A DNA stretch of 64,000 nucleotides from assembly GCA_050015075.1 (NCBI GenBank), contig JBEKCB010000023.1:23018-87017 (forward strand), written 5' to 3'. Every line of letters starts with the position of its first letter. Position 1 is the first letter of the stretch. Made by a program: the position numbers and the translations under genes. This document shows positions 1-9,800 of the stretch, piece after piece. This stretch comes from Candidatus Brocadiia bacterium (GTDB lineage Bacteria > Planctomycetota > Brocadiia > CAIUPP01). The notes beneath the pieces are model-generated. The model did not search any database and was not told where the DNA came from. It saw only the letters and a program-made list of their open reading frames with translations.

Positions 1-131
1 AGGTTCGCTTCGTCCAGGAGGCTCGGGTATTCGTTGAGGAAGTTGCCCGGAGAGTTTGCGCGGAACGTGCGATCCAGCAATCGGACGAGCGAGGGAAGCT
101 CATTGGCGCGGAGCGGCCGCGGCCCTTCCAT
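1..131 (-). CDS. 5' part of a probable GNAT-family acetyltransferase (runs off the window start)
   Basis: Manual translation from ATG at 131: MEGPRPLRANELPSLVRLLDRTFRANSPGNFLNEYPSLLDEAN, open to the window edge and 3 bp downstream of the preceding stop. It resembles the N-terminus of Eis-like GNAT proteins. Not in the ORF track. Confidence 0.5.
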   Translation of the reverse strand, partial: MEGPRPLRANELPSLVRLLDRTFRANSPGNFLNEYPSLLDEAN

Positions 132-134
132 CAA

Positions 135-566
135 TCAGTTCCCCGCAGGTGTGGGATACTGCGAGGCGATCTTCAGGAACGAGTGCGGGAGCTGGCCGGA
201 TAACGGCACTCGGTTGTAGATGTTGAACCGCGCGACGTCGTCGGTATTCGTCCGCTCGGGCAGGGAGACGCTGATCTTCTCGAAACTATTGGACAGGCGC
301 CCGGCGAGCGTCCGCGAATCCGGGTATTTCATTTCCTCGCCGATGCGCAGAAAGTTCTTCGGCAGGTCGCAGCTCAAGTCGTAGTCGTTCAGGACCAGGC
401 TGCCGCTCAGCTTTTCAAAGGAATTCGGCAGGCGCGAGGCGAGCGGCACGCGCAGATAGGGACGCTGCGCGGCCAGGTAATCATCAGGGTCATTCGCCGC
501 CCGCACGTCCGCCGCCCAGAACAGCGCCACGGCCGCCGCCGCGAGGTACGCCGGAATCCTCTTCAT
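135..566 (-). CDS. Secreted hypothetical protein with four short internal repeats
   Basis: Likely start MKRIPAYLAAAAVALFWAADVRA (signal peptide, GGAGG upstream). Repeats: LASRLPNSFEKLS, LSCDLPKNFLRIG, LAGRLSNSFEKIS, LSGQLPHSFLKIA. Confidence 0.6.
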   Translation of the reverse strand: MKRIPAYLAAAAVALFWAADVRAANDPDDYLAAQRPYLRVPLASRLPNSFEKLSGSLVLNDYDLSCDLPKNFLRIGEEMKYPDSRTLAGRLSNSFEKISVSLPERTNTDDVARFNIYNRVPLSGQLPHSFLKIASQYPTPAGN

Positions 567-743
567 CGTCCGCCCTCCAGTCAACAGCAGTATCCTAACT
601 TCTGCCCGGCCGCTCGTCAATAGCTTCTTGATCCGGCCGTCAGCCGCGCGCCGGTGCGTTGATTGCGTTTCCGCTATGGACTAGAATATCGGCGCTCGCG
701 ACGGCCTCTTTATTTGCGGACTCCGCAAGGGAGAAAGGCGGCT

Positions 744-1778
744 GTGAAAGCGGCGGTATTGCATGGAGCAGGGGACCTGCGGGTCGAGGAACGGCCGGAG
801 CCGAAGCCGGGGCCGGGCGAGGCGCTCGTCCGAGTGACGGCGTCGGGCGTCTGCAATTCGGACCTGAACCGCGTGCGCGCGGCGGAGGTGCCACGGCTGC
901 CGCTCGTCATCGGGCATGAGTTCGCCGGCAAGGTCGTCGCCCTCGGCGAAGGGGCGCGGGCTGAAATCGGCGCGCGCGTGGCGGTGTATCCGCTGCTGCC
1001 GTGCGGCGAGTGCCCGAGTTGCCGCCGCCGGCTCTTCGAGTGCTGCAGCGATTATTCCTACTACGGTTCGCGCCGGGACGGCGGCCTGGCGGAGTTCGCG
1101 GCGGTGCGCACCGCGAACCTGGTCCCGCTGCCGGAAGGAGTCTCGGACGCGGAGGCGGCCATGAGCGAGCCTGCGGCGGTGACGCTCCACGCGCTCAACC
1201 GCGCCGGGCTCCGAAAGGGCGAATGCCTGGTCATTCTCGGCGCGGGGCCGATGGGGCTCCTGGCCGCGCAGATCGCCCGCGCCCGCGGCGCGCGCGACGT
1301 GATTCTGCTCGACGTGGCAGAGGAGCCGCTGGAGTTCGCGCGAAGCCTGGGCTTCGACAAGATCGCCCGCAGCGACGCGGCGGACATCGGCCGGCGCGTG
1401 AAGGAGCTTGCCGGCGACGGCGGCCCGGAGGTGGTCCTCGAAGCGGCCGGAGCGGCGCCGGCGTATCGCCTGGCGCTGGAACTGGCCGCGCCGGCCGCGC
1501 GCGTGGTCTTCATGGGCAACATCGGCGGCGATCTGCTGCTGCCGCAGAAACTGGTCAGTTCGATTCTCCGCAGACAGCTCCAGGTTCTCGGCTCCTGGAA
1601 CTCGAGCCTTGTGAACCCGGAGAACGAGTGGGCGGCGGTCCACGCGATGGTCGCGCAGCGCGCGCTGCTGCCGGAAAAGCTGATCTCGCACCGGCTGCGG
1701 CTCGAAGAAGTCCCCGGCGCGATCCGCCGGATGCAGGAGCGGCGCGAAGTGTTCCGGAAAGTCATGGTCATTTTGTGA
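744..1778 (+). CDS. Zn-dependent (MDR) sugar-alcohol dehydrogenase, galactitol-1-P/L-iditol dehydrogenase-like
   Basis: GVCNSD, GHEFAG, structural Zn CxxCxxC..C, GAGPMG Rossmann motif. GTG start at 744 (MKAAVL). Confidence 0.9.
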   Translation: MKAAVLHGAGDLRVEERPEPKPGPGEALVRVTASGVCNSDLNRVRAAEVPRLPLVIGHEFAGKVVALGEGARAEIGARVAVYPLLPCGECPSCRRRLFECCSDYSYYGSRRDGGLAEFAAVRTANLVPLPEGVSDAEAAMSEPAAVTLHALNRAGLRKGECLVILGAGPMGLLAAQIARARGARDVILLDVAEEPLEFARSLGFDKIARSDAADIGRRVKELAGDGGPEVVLEAAGAAPAYRLALELAAPAARVVFMGNIGGDLLLPQKLVSSILRRQLQVLGSWNSSLVNPENEWAAVHAMVAQRALLPEKLISHRLRLEEVPGAIRRMQERREVFRKVMVIL

Positions 1779-1812
1779 TGAGCGTTATCGAAAGAAAGGA
1801 CAGGGAACCTGA

Positions 1813-2850
1813 ATGAAGGCCGCAGTGCTGGAGGCGCTTGAGCGCATTGTCGTCCGCGAGATGCCGTCGGCGGACCCCGGGCCGGGCGAGATCAAGCTGC
1901 GCGTGCGCGCGTGCGCGGTGTGCGGCAGCGACATCCGCATTTTCCACCACGGCAACCCGCGCGTGAAGCCGCCGGCCATCATCGGCCACGAGGCGGCCGG
2001 CGAGATCATCGCCGTCGGGCAGGGCGTGAAGAAGTTCGCGGTCGGCCAGCGCGTCGCGCTCGGGGCGGACGTGCCGTGCGGCCAGTGCGAGTGGTGCCGC
2101 AACGGGCTTGGCAACAATTGCCCGGACAATTACGCGATCGGCTACCAGTTCCCCGGCGCGTTCGCCGAGGAGATGGTGCTGAACACGATGATCGTGGACT
2201 ACGGTCCGGTCACGCCGATCCCCGATTCGGTCACCGACGAGGAGGCCGCGCTCGCCGAGCCGCTCGGCTGCGCGATCAACGGTCTGGAGATGTGCCGCCT
2301 GGAACGCGGCGACACGCTGTGCATCATCGGGGCCGGGCCCATCGGCTGCATGATGATCGAGCTGGGCCGCGACATGGGCGCGGAGCGGATCATCATGATC
2401 CAGCGCTCGCGCAATCGGCTGGAGCTGGCGAAGCGGTTCGGCGCGGACAACTACCTCTCGCCGGAAGACGGCGACGTGATGCAGGCCGTGCGCGACCTGA
2501 CCGCCGGCCGCGGCCCGGACGTGGTGGTGACGGCGTGCGGCTCCGTCGAGGCGCATGAGCAGGCGATCGCCATGGTGGCCAAGCGCGGCAGCGTGAACCT
2601 CTTCGGCGGGCTGGCGGCCGGCGCGCGGAACCTGAGCGTGCCGTCGAACCTGATCCATTACAAGGAATGCTACGTCCTCGGCTCGCACGGCAGCGTGCCG
2701 CGGCAGCACGCCCTGGCCATGCAACTGATCCGCAAACACACCGTGCACGTGGCGCGCTGCATCAGCCACACGTTCCCGCTCGACCAGATCGGCGCGGCGC
2801 TCGAGGCGGCGGAGAAACATGAAGGCCTCAAGGTCATGGTGAAACCGTGA
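1813..2850 (+). CDS. Zn-dependent (MDR) dehydrogenase, L-iditol 2-dehydrogenase-like
   Basis: CAVCGSD, GHEAAG, CGQCEWC..C, EPLGC, GAGPIG. Confidence 0.9.
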   Translation: MKAAVLEALERIVVREMPSADPGPGEIKLRVRACAVCGSDIRIFHHGNPRVKPPAIIGHEAAGEIIAVGQGVKKFAVGQRVALGADVPCGQCEWCRNGLGNNCPDNYAIGYQFPGAFAEEMVLNTMIVDYGPVTPIPDSVTDEEAALAEPLGCAINGLEMCRLERGDTLCIIGAGPIGCMMIELGRDMGAERIIMIQRSRNRLELAKRFGADNYLSPEDGDVMQAVRDLTAGRGPDVVVTACGSVEAHEQAIAMVAKRGSVNLFGGLAAGARNLSVPSNLIHYKECYVLGSHGSVPRQHALAMQLIRKHTVHVARCISHTFPLDQIGAALEAAEKHEGLKVMVKP

Positions 2851-3518
2851 AAATCCGCATCGCGCCGTCGCTGATGTGCTCGGACTTCCGCAGCATCGAG
2901 GCCGAAGTCAAGCTCTTCGAGCGGAACGGTCTCGAACTGCTGCACTTCGACATGATGGACGGCCACTTCGTGCCGAACCTGATGCTGGGGCCGGGCCTGG
3001 TCAAGGCGGTCTCCGCGATGACGAGCCTGACGCCGGACATTCACATGATGGTGGAAAACCCTGAGCACTTTCTGCCGGCCCTGGAGCTGGCGGGGAAGCG
3101 CCCGCTGATCAGCGTGCACGTGGAACTCGGGCGGAAAGTCGAGGGGCTCATCCGCGCGATCCGCGCGCAGGGCGGCCGGCCCGCCGTGGCGATCAGCCCG
3201 CAGACGCCGATCCAGGCCCTGGCGCCGCTGCTGCCGACCGTCGAGCTGGCGCTCGTCATGGCGGTGCGGCCCGGCCACGCCGGCCAGGAAATGCTCCCGG
3301 GCGCGATCGAGCGCATCGCCGAACTCAAAGAAATGACCGCCCGTTTCGGCGTCTCGCCGCTGATCGAAGTGGACGGCAACACGACGTTCGAGAACATCCG
3401 AAAAATGGCCGCCGCCGGCGCGGACGTCATCGTGGCGGGCACCAGTTGCCTCTATCGCAAGGGCGTCCCGCTCGAGGCGGCGCTGGATGAGTTGATCGGG
3501 TTCGCCGCGTCGTTGTGA
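2847..3518 (+). CDS. rpe: Ribulose-phosphate 3-epimerase family protein (Rpe/AlsE)
   Basis: IAPSLM, LHFDMMDGHFVPNL, DIHMMV, MAVRPGHAGQ, IEVDG. Overlaps the upstream stop (GTGA). Confidence 0.85.
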   Translation: MKIRIAPSLMCSDFRSIEAEVKLFERNGLELLHFDMMDGHFVPNLMLGPGLVKAVSAMTSLTPDIHMMVENPEHFLPALELAGKRPLISVHVELGRKVEGLIRAIRAQGGRPAVAISPQTPIQALAPLLPTVELALVMAVRPGHAGQEMLPGAIERIAELKEMTARFGVSPLIEVDGNTTFENIRKMAAAGADVIVAGTSCLYRKGVPLEAALDELIGFAASL

Positions 3519-3536
3519 TGGCCGGAGGGCTTTTCG

Positions 3537-4982
3537 ATGCTGCAAGCGAAATCGGTGTTTTCCTGGTTCGGCTCGCGTCACGTCAGCAGCCTTCTGCGCG
3601 GCCTGATGTTGCTTTCCTTGCTTTCCGTCTCGACTGCCGGCGCGGCTGCGTCACCGCCGGCGACCAAGTACAATCTTCTTGTCATCTCGATAGATACCTG
3701 CCGCGCCGACCACCTGGCCTGCTACGGCTATAACCGGGACACCTCGCCGCATCTCGATCAACTGGCCAGGGAAGGGGTTCTTTTTGAGAATCTGACCGCG
3801 GCGGCGTCGTGGACGGTGCCTTCGCACATGAGCATGTTCACCTCGCTTTATCCCAGCGTCCACGGTGTGCAGACCTTCACCAGTCAACTGGGCGAAGGTG
3901 TTCCGACGCTGGCGCAGTGCCTGGCTCAAAGTGGATATGTGACAGCGGCTTTTGTCACCGGGCCCGTGTTGAATCACTATTTCGGATTCAACCGCGGCTT
4001 TCAGTACTATGACGACTTCACGGCCGACCTGACGTTCGACAATACGCAGTCGCTGACTCGCATGACGAAGGGTACCAGTGTGCTCGACCGGGTCATCACG
4101 AATCCCATAATCACGAACCTGGCGACGCAATGGCTCAAGGTGCACTCCCGCGACAATTTCTTCCTCTTCCTGCACTATTGGGACTGCCATTACGACTATA
4201 TTCCGCCCGCGCCCTTCGACAAGAAATTCGATCCCGACTACCAGGGCCCGGAGAACGGCCGCGACATCCTCAAGCGCGAGCCCGAGATCGTAAGATCTAT
4301 GTCGGCCAGGGACCTGGCGCACATGGTGGCTCTCTACGACGGGGAAATCGCCCACACCGACGGGCATGTCGGCAAGGTCCTTGAACTTCTTCAGAATCTG
4401 GGCCTTTCTGAGAAGACGCTGGTGATCGTAGTGTCCGATCATGGCGAGGCATTTCTCGAGCATGGCAGGATTCGCCACGCCAACAGCCTGTACGAAGAGG
4501 TGCTTCATGTGCCGCTGATCATGCGGCTGCCGGGCGTGATCCCGGCCGGCAAGCGCGTGGCCGGAAACGTCAGCCACGTTGACTTGATGCCCACCGCGCT
4601 GGGGCTTCTCCATCTGCCAGGCCCGGCGCAGATTCAAGGGATTGACCTGTCGCCGGCGATTCTAAGCGATCAACCGGTTCCCGAGCGCCTGATCTACAGC
4701 GAGCTGGCGTTTAACGGGCTCAACTTGAGAGCGGTTCGCTGGGGTAATCGCAAGCTCCTGGGCCCAACGGGAACAGTTGCCGGCGCCGAACTGGAAGAAC
4801 TGGCAGGCAACCGCGAGAAGGTCATCGCCGGGTGGATGGCGCTGGCGAAAGTCTGTCCGGAGGTTGCAATCCGAGCCTTCTTGAAGGGGCCGCTTTCAAT
4901 CCCCGCGGCCAATGCGACGAAAGCGAATGAACCGGATGCGGAGCTGATCAAACGCCTCAAGAGCCTCGGCTACACGCAGTGA
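3537..4982 (+). CDS. Secreted sulfatase-like hydrolase/transferase (alkaline phosphatase superfamily)
   Basis: Signal peptide; NLLVISIDTCRADH, SWTVPSHMSMFTSLYP, FLHYWDCH, YDGEI, SDHGE, C-terminal RLKSLGY. Confidence 0.85.
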   Translation: MLQAKSVFSWFGSRHVSSLLRGLMLLSLLSVSTAGAAASPPATKYNLLVISIDTCRADHLACYGYNRDTSPHLDQLAREGVLFENLTAAASWTVPSHMSMFTSLYPSVHGVQTFTSQLGEGVPTLAQCLAQSGYVTAAFVTGPVLNHYFGFNRGFQYYDDFTADLTFDNTQSLTRMTKGTSVLDRVITNPIITNLATQWLKVHSRDNFFLFLHYWDCHYDYIPPAPFDKKFDPDYQGPENGRDILKREPEIVRSMSARDLAHMVALYDGEIAHTDGHVGKVLELLQNLGLSEKTLVIVVSDHGEAFLEHGRIRHANSLYEEVLHVPLIMRLPGVIPAGKRVAGNVSHVDLMPTALGLLHLPGPAQIQGIDLSPAILSDQPVPERLIYSELAFNGLNLRAVRWGNRKLLGPTGTVAGAELEELAGNREKVIAGWMALAKVCPEVAIRAFLKGPLSIPAANATKANEPDAELIKRLKSLGYTQ

Positions 4983-5057
4983 AGGGTTGCTTGCAGCCGC
5001 GCCGTCAGGCGCTGCCAGCGGAATGTAAACCATCGTCGCGGCATGAAAATAATTGAC

Positions 5058-5086
5058 TTGACAAGCGGGATTCCGACGATCAGAAT
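5058..5086 (+). promoter_or_regulatory. Putative sigma70 promoter for the small membrane-protein gene
   Basis: TTGACA, about 17 bp, then CAGAAT, in an AT-rich stretch. Confidence 0.4.
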
Positions 5087-5167
5087 CCGGCATCTGACGT
5101 CTGACTGACCTTTGGAATGCGGCCGCCTGGGAAATTCCGGGTGACATGAGAGGAGCGCGTTCTGCGC

Positions 5168-5383
5168 ATGTGTTGTCCGCCGGTCGTCGCGGTCGGGATT
5201 TTCCTCCTGGTCCGGCCGGCGTACGGCTACATTGATCCCGGGACGGGCAGCTATGTGCTCCAGATACTGCTGGGGCTCCTGTTCGCCGCGGCTTACACGC
5301 TGAAAATCTACTGGCGCCACGTCGTGGGGTTCTTCCGGTACACGTTCAGCCGGAAGCGCGGCGGCGAGAAGCCGCAGAAATGA
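5168..5383 (+). CDS. Small membrane protein, 'YIDPGTGS' family
   Basis: PAYGYIDPGTGSYVLQILLG followed by a TM helix and a basic tail; GAGGAG upstream. Confidence 0.7.
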   Translation: MCCPPVVAVGIFLLVRPAYGYIDPGTGSYVLQILLGLLFAAAYTLKIYWRHVVGFFRYTFSRKRGGEKPQK

Positions 5384-5423
5384 TCGGTCCTTCCGCGCCC
5401 GGCGGGTATTCTGCACGGCAGTG

Positions 5424-5521
5424 AATCGTCCTCGTCCTCGTCGTCGTCCTCGTCCTCGATTAGCCGTTCTTGCCGTCCGAGGACGACGACGAGGACGAGA
5501 ACGTCGAGGACGAGGACGATA
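5424..5521. repeat. REP-like imperfect palindrome, (TCGTCC)n...(GGACGA)n family, copy 1
   Basis: aatcgtcctcgtcctcgtcgtcgtcctcgtcctcg ... cgaggacgacgacgaggacgag..cgaggacgaggacgat, between convergent genes. A second copy lies at 32358-32448. Confidence 0.8.
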
Positions 5522-5530
5522 AGATATGGA

Positions 5531-6766
5531 TCACTTACCCTTCAACAAATCCCCGATCTTCACCCACGCGCCGTTGCTCTGCATCGAGCGCGTGGCCGCC
5601 ACGCCGACGAGGATGCTGCGCGCAGCGTCCAGCGACCCGGCCTGATGCCCGAGCGGGTCGGCATGGCCCTTCTCGAAAATCATCTTCCGCAGCAGATCGT
5701 CGCCGCCGCCGTGCCCGCCGATCGCCTTCGGCGGCACCATGTACGTGCGGATCCCGTCGTTGAGCAGCACCGTGATCCGCCGTTCGCGCGGCTCCACCCA
5801 TTCGTCGGACGGCCCGTGCACCTCCAGGTATTCCAGCCGCCCCTTCTTTCCCTGGACCTCCAGCCGGTAGCCTTCCCACGGAGACCACGCCTGGAGCGAG
5901 TACGCCAGCCGCGCGCCGCGCCGGTAGTTCACCAGCAGCGAATAATTGTCCTCGATATCAATCTCCTCGTCGAACACGCACCCGTCGCGGAAGTAGCCGG
6001 TCTCCTTCTCGGCGGCCACGTAGAACTTCACGTACTCCGGGTTCGACGTCACGTCCCAGTAGAACCGGCATCGCCCGCGATGCGGGCAGCCGCGGCAGCG
6101 CTTTGAGCGGAAGGGCCCGTTCCTGCCGTAGAAAGCCAGGCTGCCCTGCGCGGCGACGGAGACCGGCTCGTCCTGGATGATCCAGTTGACCAGGTCGAAG
6201 TGGTGCGTGGACTTGTGGACCTGCAAGCCGCCGGTATTCGCGCGCCGCCGGTGCCAGCGGCGGAAATAGTCCGCGCCGTGGATCATGTCGAGGGGCCAGT
6301 GCATGTCCACAGTCACCACCTCGCCGATGGCGCCGTCGGCGATGATCCGGCGGATAGCCGTCGCCGGCGGCGCGTAGCGGTAATTGAACGTGATCGTCAC
6401 CTTGCGCCCGCTCCGCTTCTCCGCGCGCAGGATCGCCCGGCACTTCTCGTCGTCAAACGTCATAGGCTTCTCGCAGATCACGTCCTTCCCGGCTGCGAGT
6501 CCCTTGATAATGTACTCGTGGTGGAAAGTATCCTGCGTAACGACGATCAGCGTATCGAACGCCACCTCGCGCAGCATCGCATCGAAGTCCTGAAAAGTCG
6601 GCACCGGCCGGGGCAACTGCGCGTTGGTATAATCCATGTGCACCCGCGAAGGATCGCAAAGCGCCGCGAGTTCGCACGACTCGCTGAAAGCAGTAGCGAT
6701 CGGTACCGCGAACATCCCCACCGCCCGGCTGGAAGCCCCGACAATCGCAAAGCGTTTCTTCGTCAT
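5531..6766 (-). CDS. Gfo/Idh/MocA family oxidoreductase
   Basis: Start MTKKRFAIVGA; ICEKPM, FNYRY, HGADYFRRWH, HKSTHHFD, GHGGGD. Confidence 0.9.
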   Translation of the reverse strand: MTKKRFAIVGASSRAVGMFAVPIATAFSESCELAALCDPSRVHMDYTNAQLPRPVPTFQDFDAMLREVAFDTLIVVTQDTFHHEYIIKGLAAGKDVICEKPMTFDDEKCRAILRAEKRSGRKVTITFNYRYAPPATAIRRIIADGAIGEVVTVDMHWPLDMIHGADYFRRWHRRRANTGGLQVHKSTHHFDLVNWIIQDEPVSVAAQGSLAFYGRNGPFRSKRCRGCPHRGRCRFYWDVTSNPEYVKFYVAAEKETGYFRDGCVFDEEIDIEDNYSLLVNYRRGARLAYSLQAWSPWEGYRLEVQGKKGRLEYLEVHGPSDEWVEPRERRITVLLNDGIRTYMVPPKAIGGHGGGDDLLRKMIFEKGHADPLGHQAGSLDAARSILVGVAATRSMQSNGAWVKIGDLLKGK

Positions 6767-6893
6767 CGAATCACTCTCCAGGGAGACCCTTCGGCCGACA
6801 GACGACTTCCCCGCCCGATATACAAAAGAAGCAGGGCGGACGTCAACCAGTTGCGATGTTGCCTTGAGAGCGGACCGCGCTGAAGGCGCGGTC

Positions 6894-9800
6894 TTAGCGC
6901 AAATCTTTTCCATTCACGTACCACTGCCTCAACAGCGCCGAGATGCCCTCACGCAGGCTCTGATCGCTCGTGCGTGTGGCGACTACTTCCTCGAAGCGCT
7001 TGGCGGCGGCGGTAACGCGCCCCTCGATATCTTTGCGCCACTGTTTGCACGTCGCCTCGTCAGATGGAATCTCAAGCGTGCCGCGAATGTCGAGGTTGGC
7101 GAGCGCGGCGACGAGGGCGGCCTGCGCTGGCCCCGCGTATTCCTCGTGGTGACTATCCTTGCCCTGGACGAACTCGACGCCGCTTGAGGAAAACATGTGA
7201 CCGCGACCAAGGGCCTTCGCTTTGCCATCGTGGATGTGTACGGCCGTTAGGGATACTTTGCGCTCCCGCAGCCAGTCAACAAGTTTTGGTCCCTGCTCTG
7301 CCGCGTCAAGCGAGTCCCAAACGCTGGCGGCTATCTCAAACGCTGTCAGTTTGCGTTGCGTACCACCGGCGCGGTTCTCCATGGACTGGATGTCTTGCGT
7401 ACGGAGGTATCGATAGTAAAGAGTCGTCTCCGAATAGAGTTCTTCCAGGAGCTTTTCCCGGGCCCGTATGTCGGAGACACCCATCAATTCGAGAACCGCA
7501 TCGTCCAACTCCCATCGGTCCTCCTTTTGCAGTTCACGGGGCAGCGCCGGCGGCTTGGCGAGAATCGCGCGCAATTGTTCTGTATAATGGCAATCAAGCA
7601 GCGCTCCTTCGACGAGGTGTGTTACGGTCCGTTTTGCCATGCTCGCGAGGGCTGCGGAGAGTCGTGCTGCCAACTCTTTTGAGACGCCGCGAGGATCGGG
7701 TAGCGGCAAGAGAAGGCAGTCCACCACTTCCGTCTTTAGCGTGCCTTCGGCGCCTGCGTACCTTCCGTAGAAGTGCTTAAAGAGTCCCACAAGCGTGCTG
7801 TTGAGGATCGCGGCCAACGCTTGTCTTTCCTGCCTTGACGGCAAGTCGGGCACAACCGTGTATAGGTTGCAGTTACATATCAATCCTTCGGGATTTGCAG
7901 GTACGATATGGCGATACTTCTGTGCTTTGGGCCAGAAAGACAGACCCACGGTGGAAGTCGTCAGGTCATACCATAGCGACCTTCCAACGCAACTGCTGCG
8001 CTCGGGAACAGGGACGGCCTTTGACTTAGTTGACTCGAACGTTTGCTTTGCTCCCCAGCGAATGTAGCTGGCGACATAAGTTCCCGTCAGTTCCTTCAAC
8101 GGGCGGTCTACCCACAGCACAACACGGCGAACGTCACGAGCGCGGATCACCGGCCGATCCACGGCCATAAGGCTGTGAACTTCCGGCCGGAGGTAGATGG
8201 CCTCAATTGGATGTAGCGTCTTGTCTCCGGCCAATACGATGCGTACGTTGCCGCTTTCGATCTCCTTGATCGGACAGGAGGCCATCAAGCCCACATCGAT
8301 CCACGGCAGTCCTCTTCTGACCGCTGCGAGCGTCTGTTTCGTCACGTCGACCGGCATGAAAAAGTCATCACAGCCACTGGTTATTCCACGCCGAATCTCC
8401 GCGATTTCGCCCAGTTTCACAAAGCGCTCGCCATAATCCTTCATGATCTTGAAGTAGATGTCCGGCGCGCGAAGGAAACGGCCCCATTTGCCCGCAACGT
8501 AACGGCCGGCACCATAGGATGACTCGGCCTCTCGGATCAGGCCGCTTTCACCGTTCGATCCGGATTCACCGTTGCCGTTGGCGGTCTCCATATCGCCGCT
8601 GGCGAGTACCTTGCCGGCCTCGACGCCTTCGTTCCATAGATCCTGCTGGCTCACGGGGATAATGCGAAGGTGCTCGTCGGAATAAGGTTCCTCCGCCGAC
8701 TCGATGAACTTTCGGAGCTTCGTCGCCGCCTCCTGACGCGCTGTTTCGTCGCTGGGATCATGATCGCCCAGGATCACCGCAAGCGGTTTTTGAAGGCGCA
8801 CGAATTTAACTATACTCTTGCTGCGCGCTTTGTCATCGCTGCACCGCTGGAGGATGGTGACGCATGTTTTCACGCGAGCGTCCTCGAACCACGGCTCGTC
8901 AACGCTCTCGATCACGGCGATCAGCCGGAAGTTGTTGAGTATCCAGCCCTGCAGCGGGAAGCCATATTCCACATCGAGCCAACTGGAACTGGTGAGGAAA
9001 CCGAAGTAGCCGCCCTCCTTCAGCCGTTTAGCAGCCACCGGCCAGAAGTAGCAATGAAGGTCGCTGCGCCCGGACAAGTCCAAGTCGGGCCAAAGGCTCT
9101 CCGCCAGATGTTGAAGGTGCTCCTTGCTGTTCTTTCTGCGGCTCTCAAACGAGGGGTCCTTCTCGCCACGACCGCGCTTGATCGTTGATAGCCTCGGGAT
9201 CAATTCTTGCCGGACATAGGGCGGGTTGCCGACGACGGCATCGAGCATGGGCAAAGCAACAGGCCAGAGCTTCTTGCCGCCGTCAGGCCTCCTCATCGGA
9301 ATTCGGCAGAACTCCTCCGGCTTCTCTATCACCTCGAAGAAGTTGCCGCGCCGAATCAACGGATAGTTCTCCTCGTCTTCGATGTGGCGCGAGGCCAGGT
9401 TCAATGTCGCAAGATGGGCCGGGAAAAGGGCGATATCGCATCCGAACGTTTCCAAAAGAAGTTCCTGATGCGTCTTGTGCGTGTCTTGGTGTCGGCGACC
9501 GCCTCCCCTGTGTTCGCCGAGCCACGCCTTCCGGTGATAGCCACGAACAAGGAAACTGCCGGAGCCACAAGCGGGATCTAGAAACGTGTCGCCCGCCCGA
9601 CGGATGCAGAAGGCATTGATGAGGTCCACGATGTTCTCGTGGGTGAAGTACTGGCCGAACTTCTGGCGCTCCTCCGGCGCAATGAGCTTCTGAAAAATGC
9701 CGCCGATAATATCGTGAGGGATATCGCGGAAGTTGTACTGATCGAGGTTCGCCAACACACCTTTCCATCCCTGGCAAGCGTGGGGTGAGGCGAATACGAG

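Noticed and set aside
5146-5185. Possible frameshifted longer N-terminus (MRGARSAHVLSA...) for the small membrane protein
   Set aside because: The ATG at 5168 has its own SD-like sequence. A frameshift cannot be supported without reads or homologues.
5470-5763. Acidic ORF MPSEDDDEDENVEDEDD
   Set aside because: It is only the translation of the GGACGA repeat arm and runs antisense into the oxidoreductase gene.
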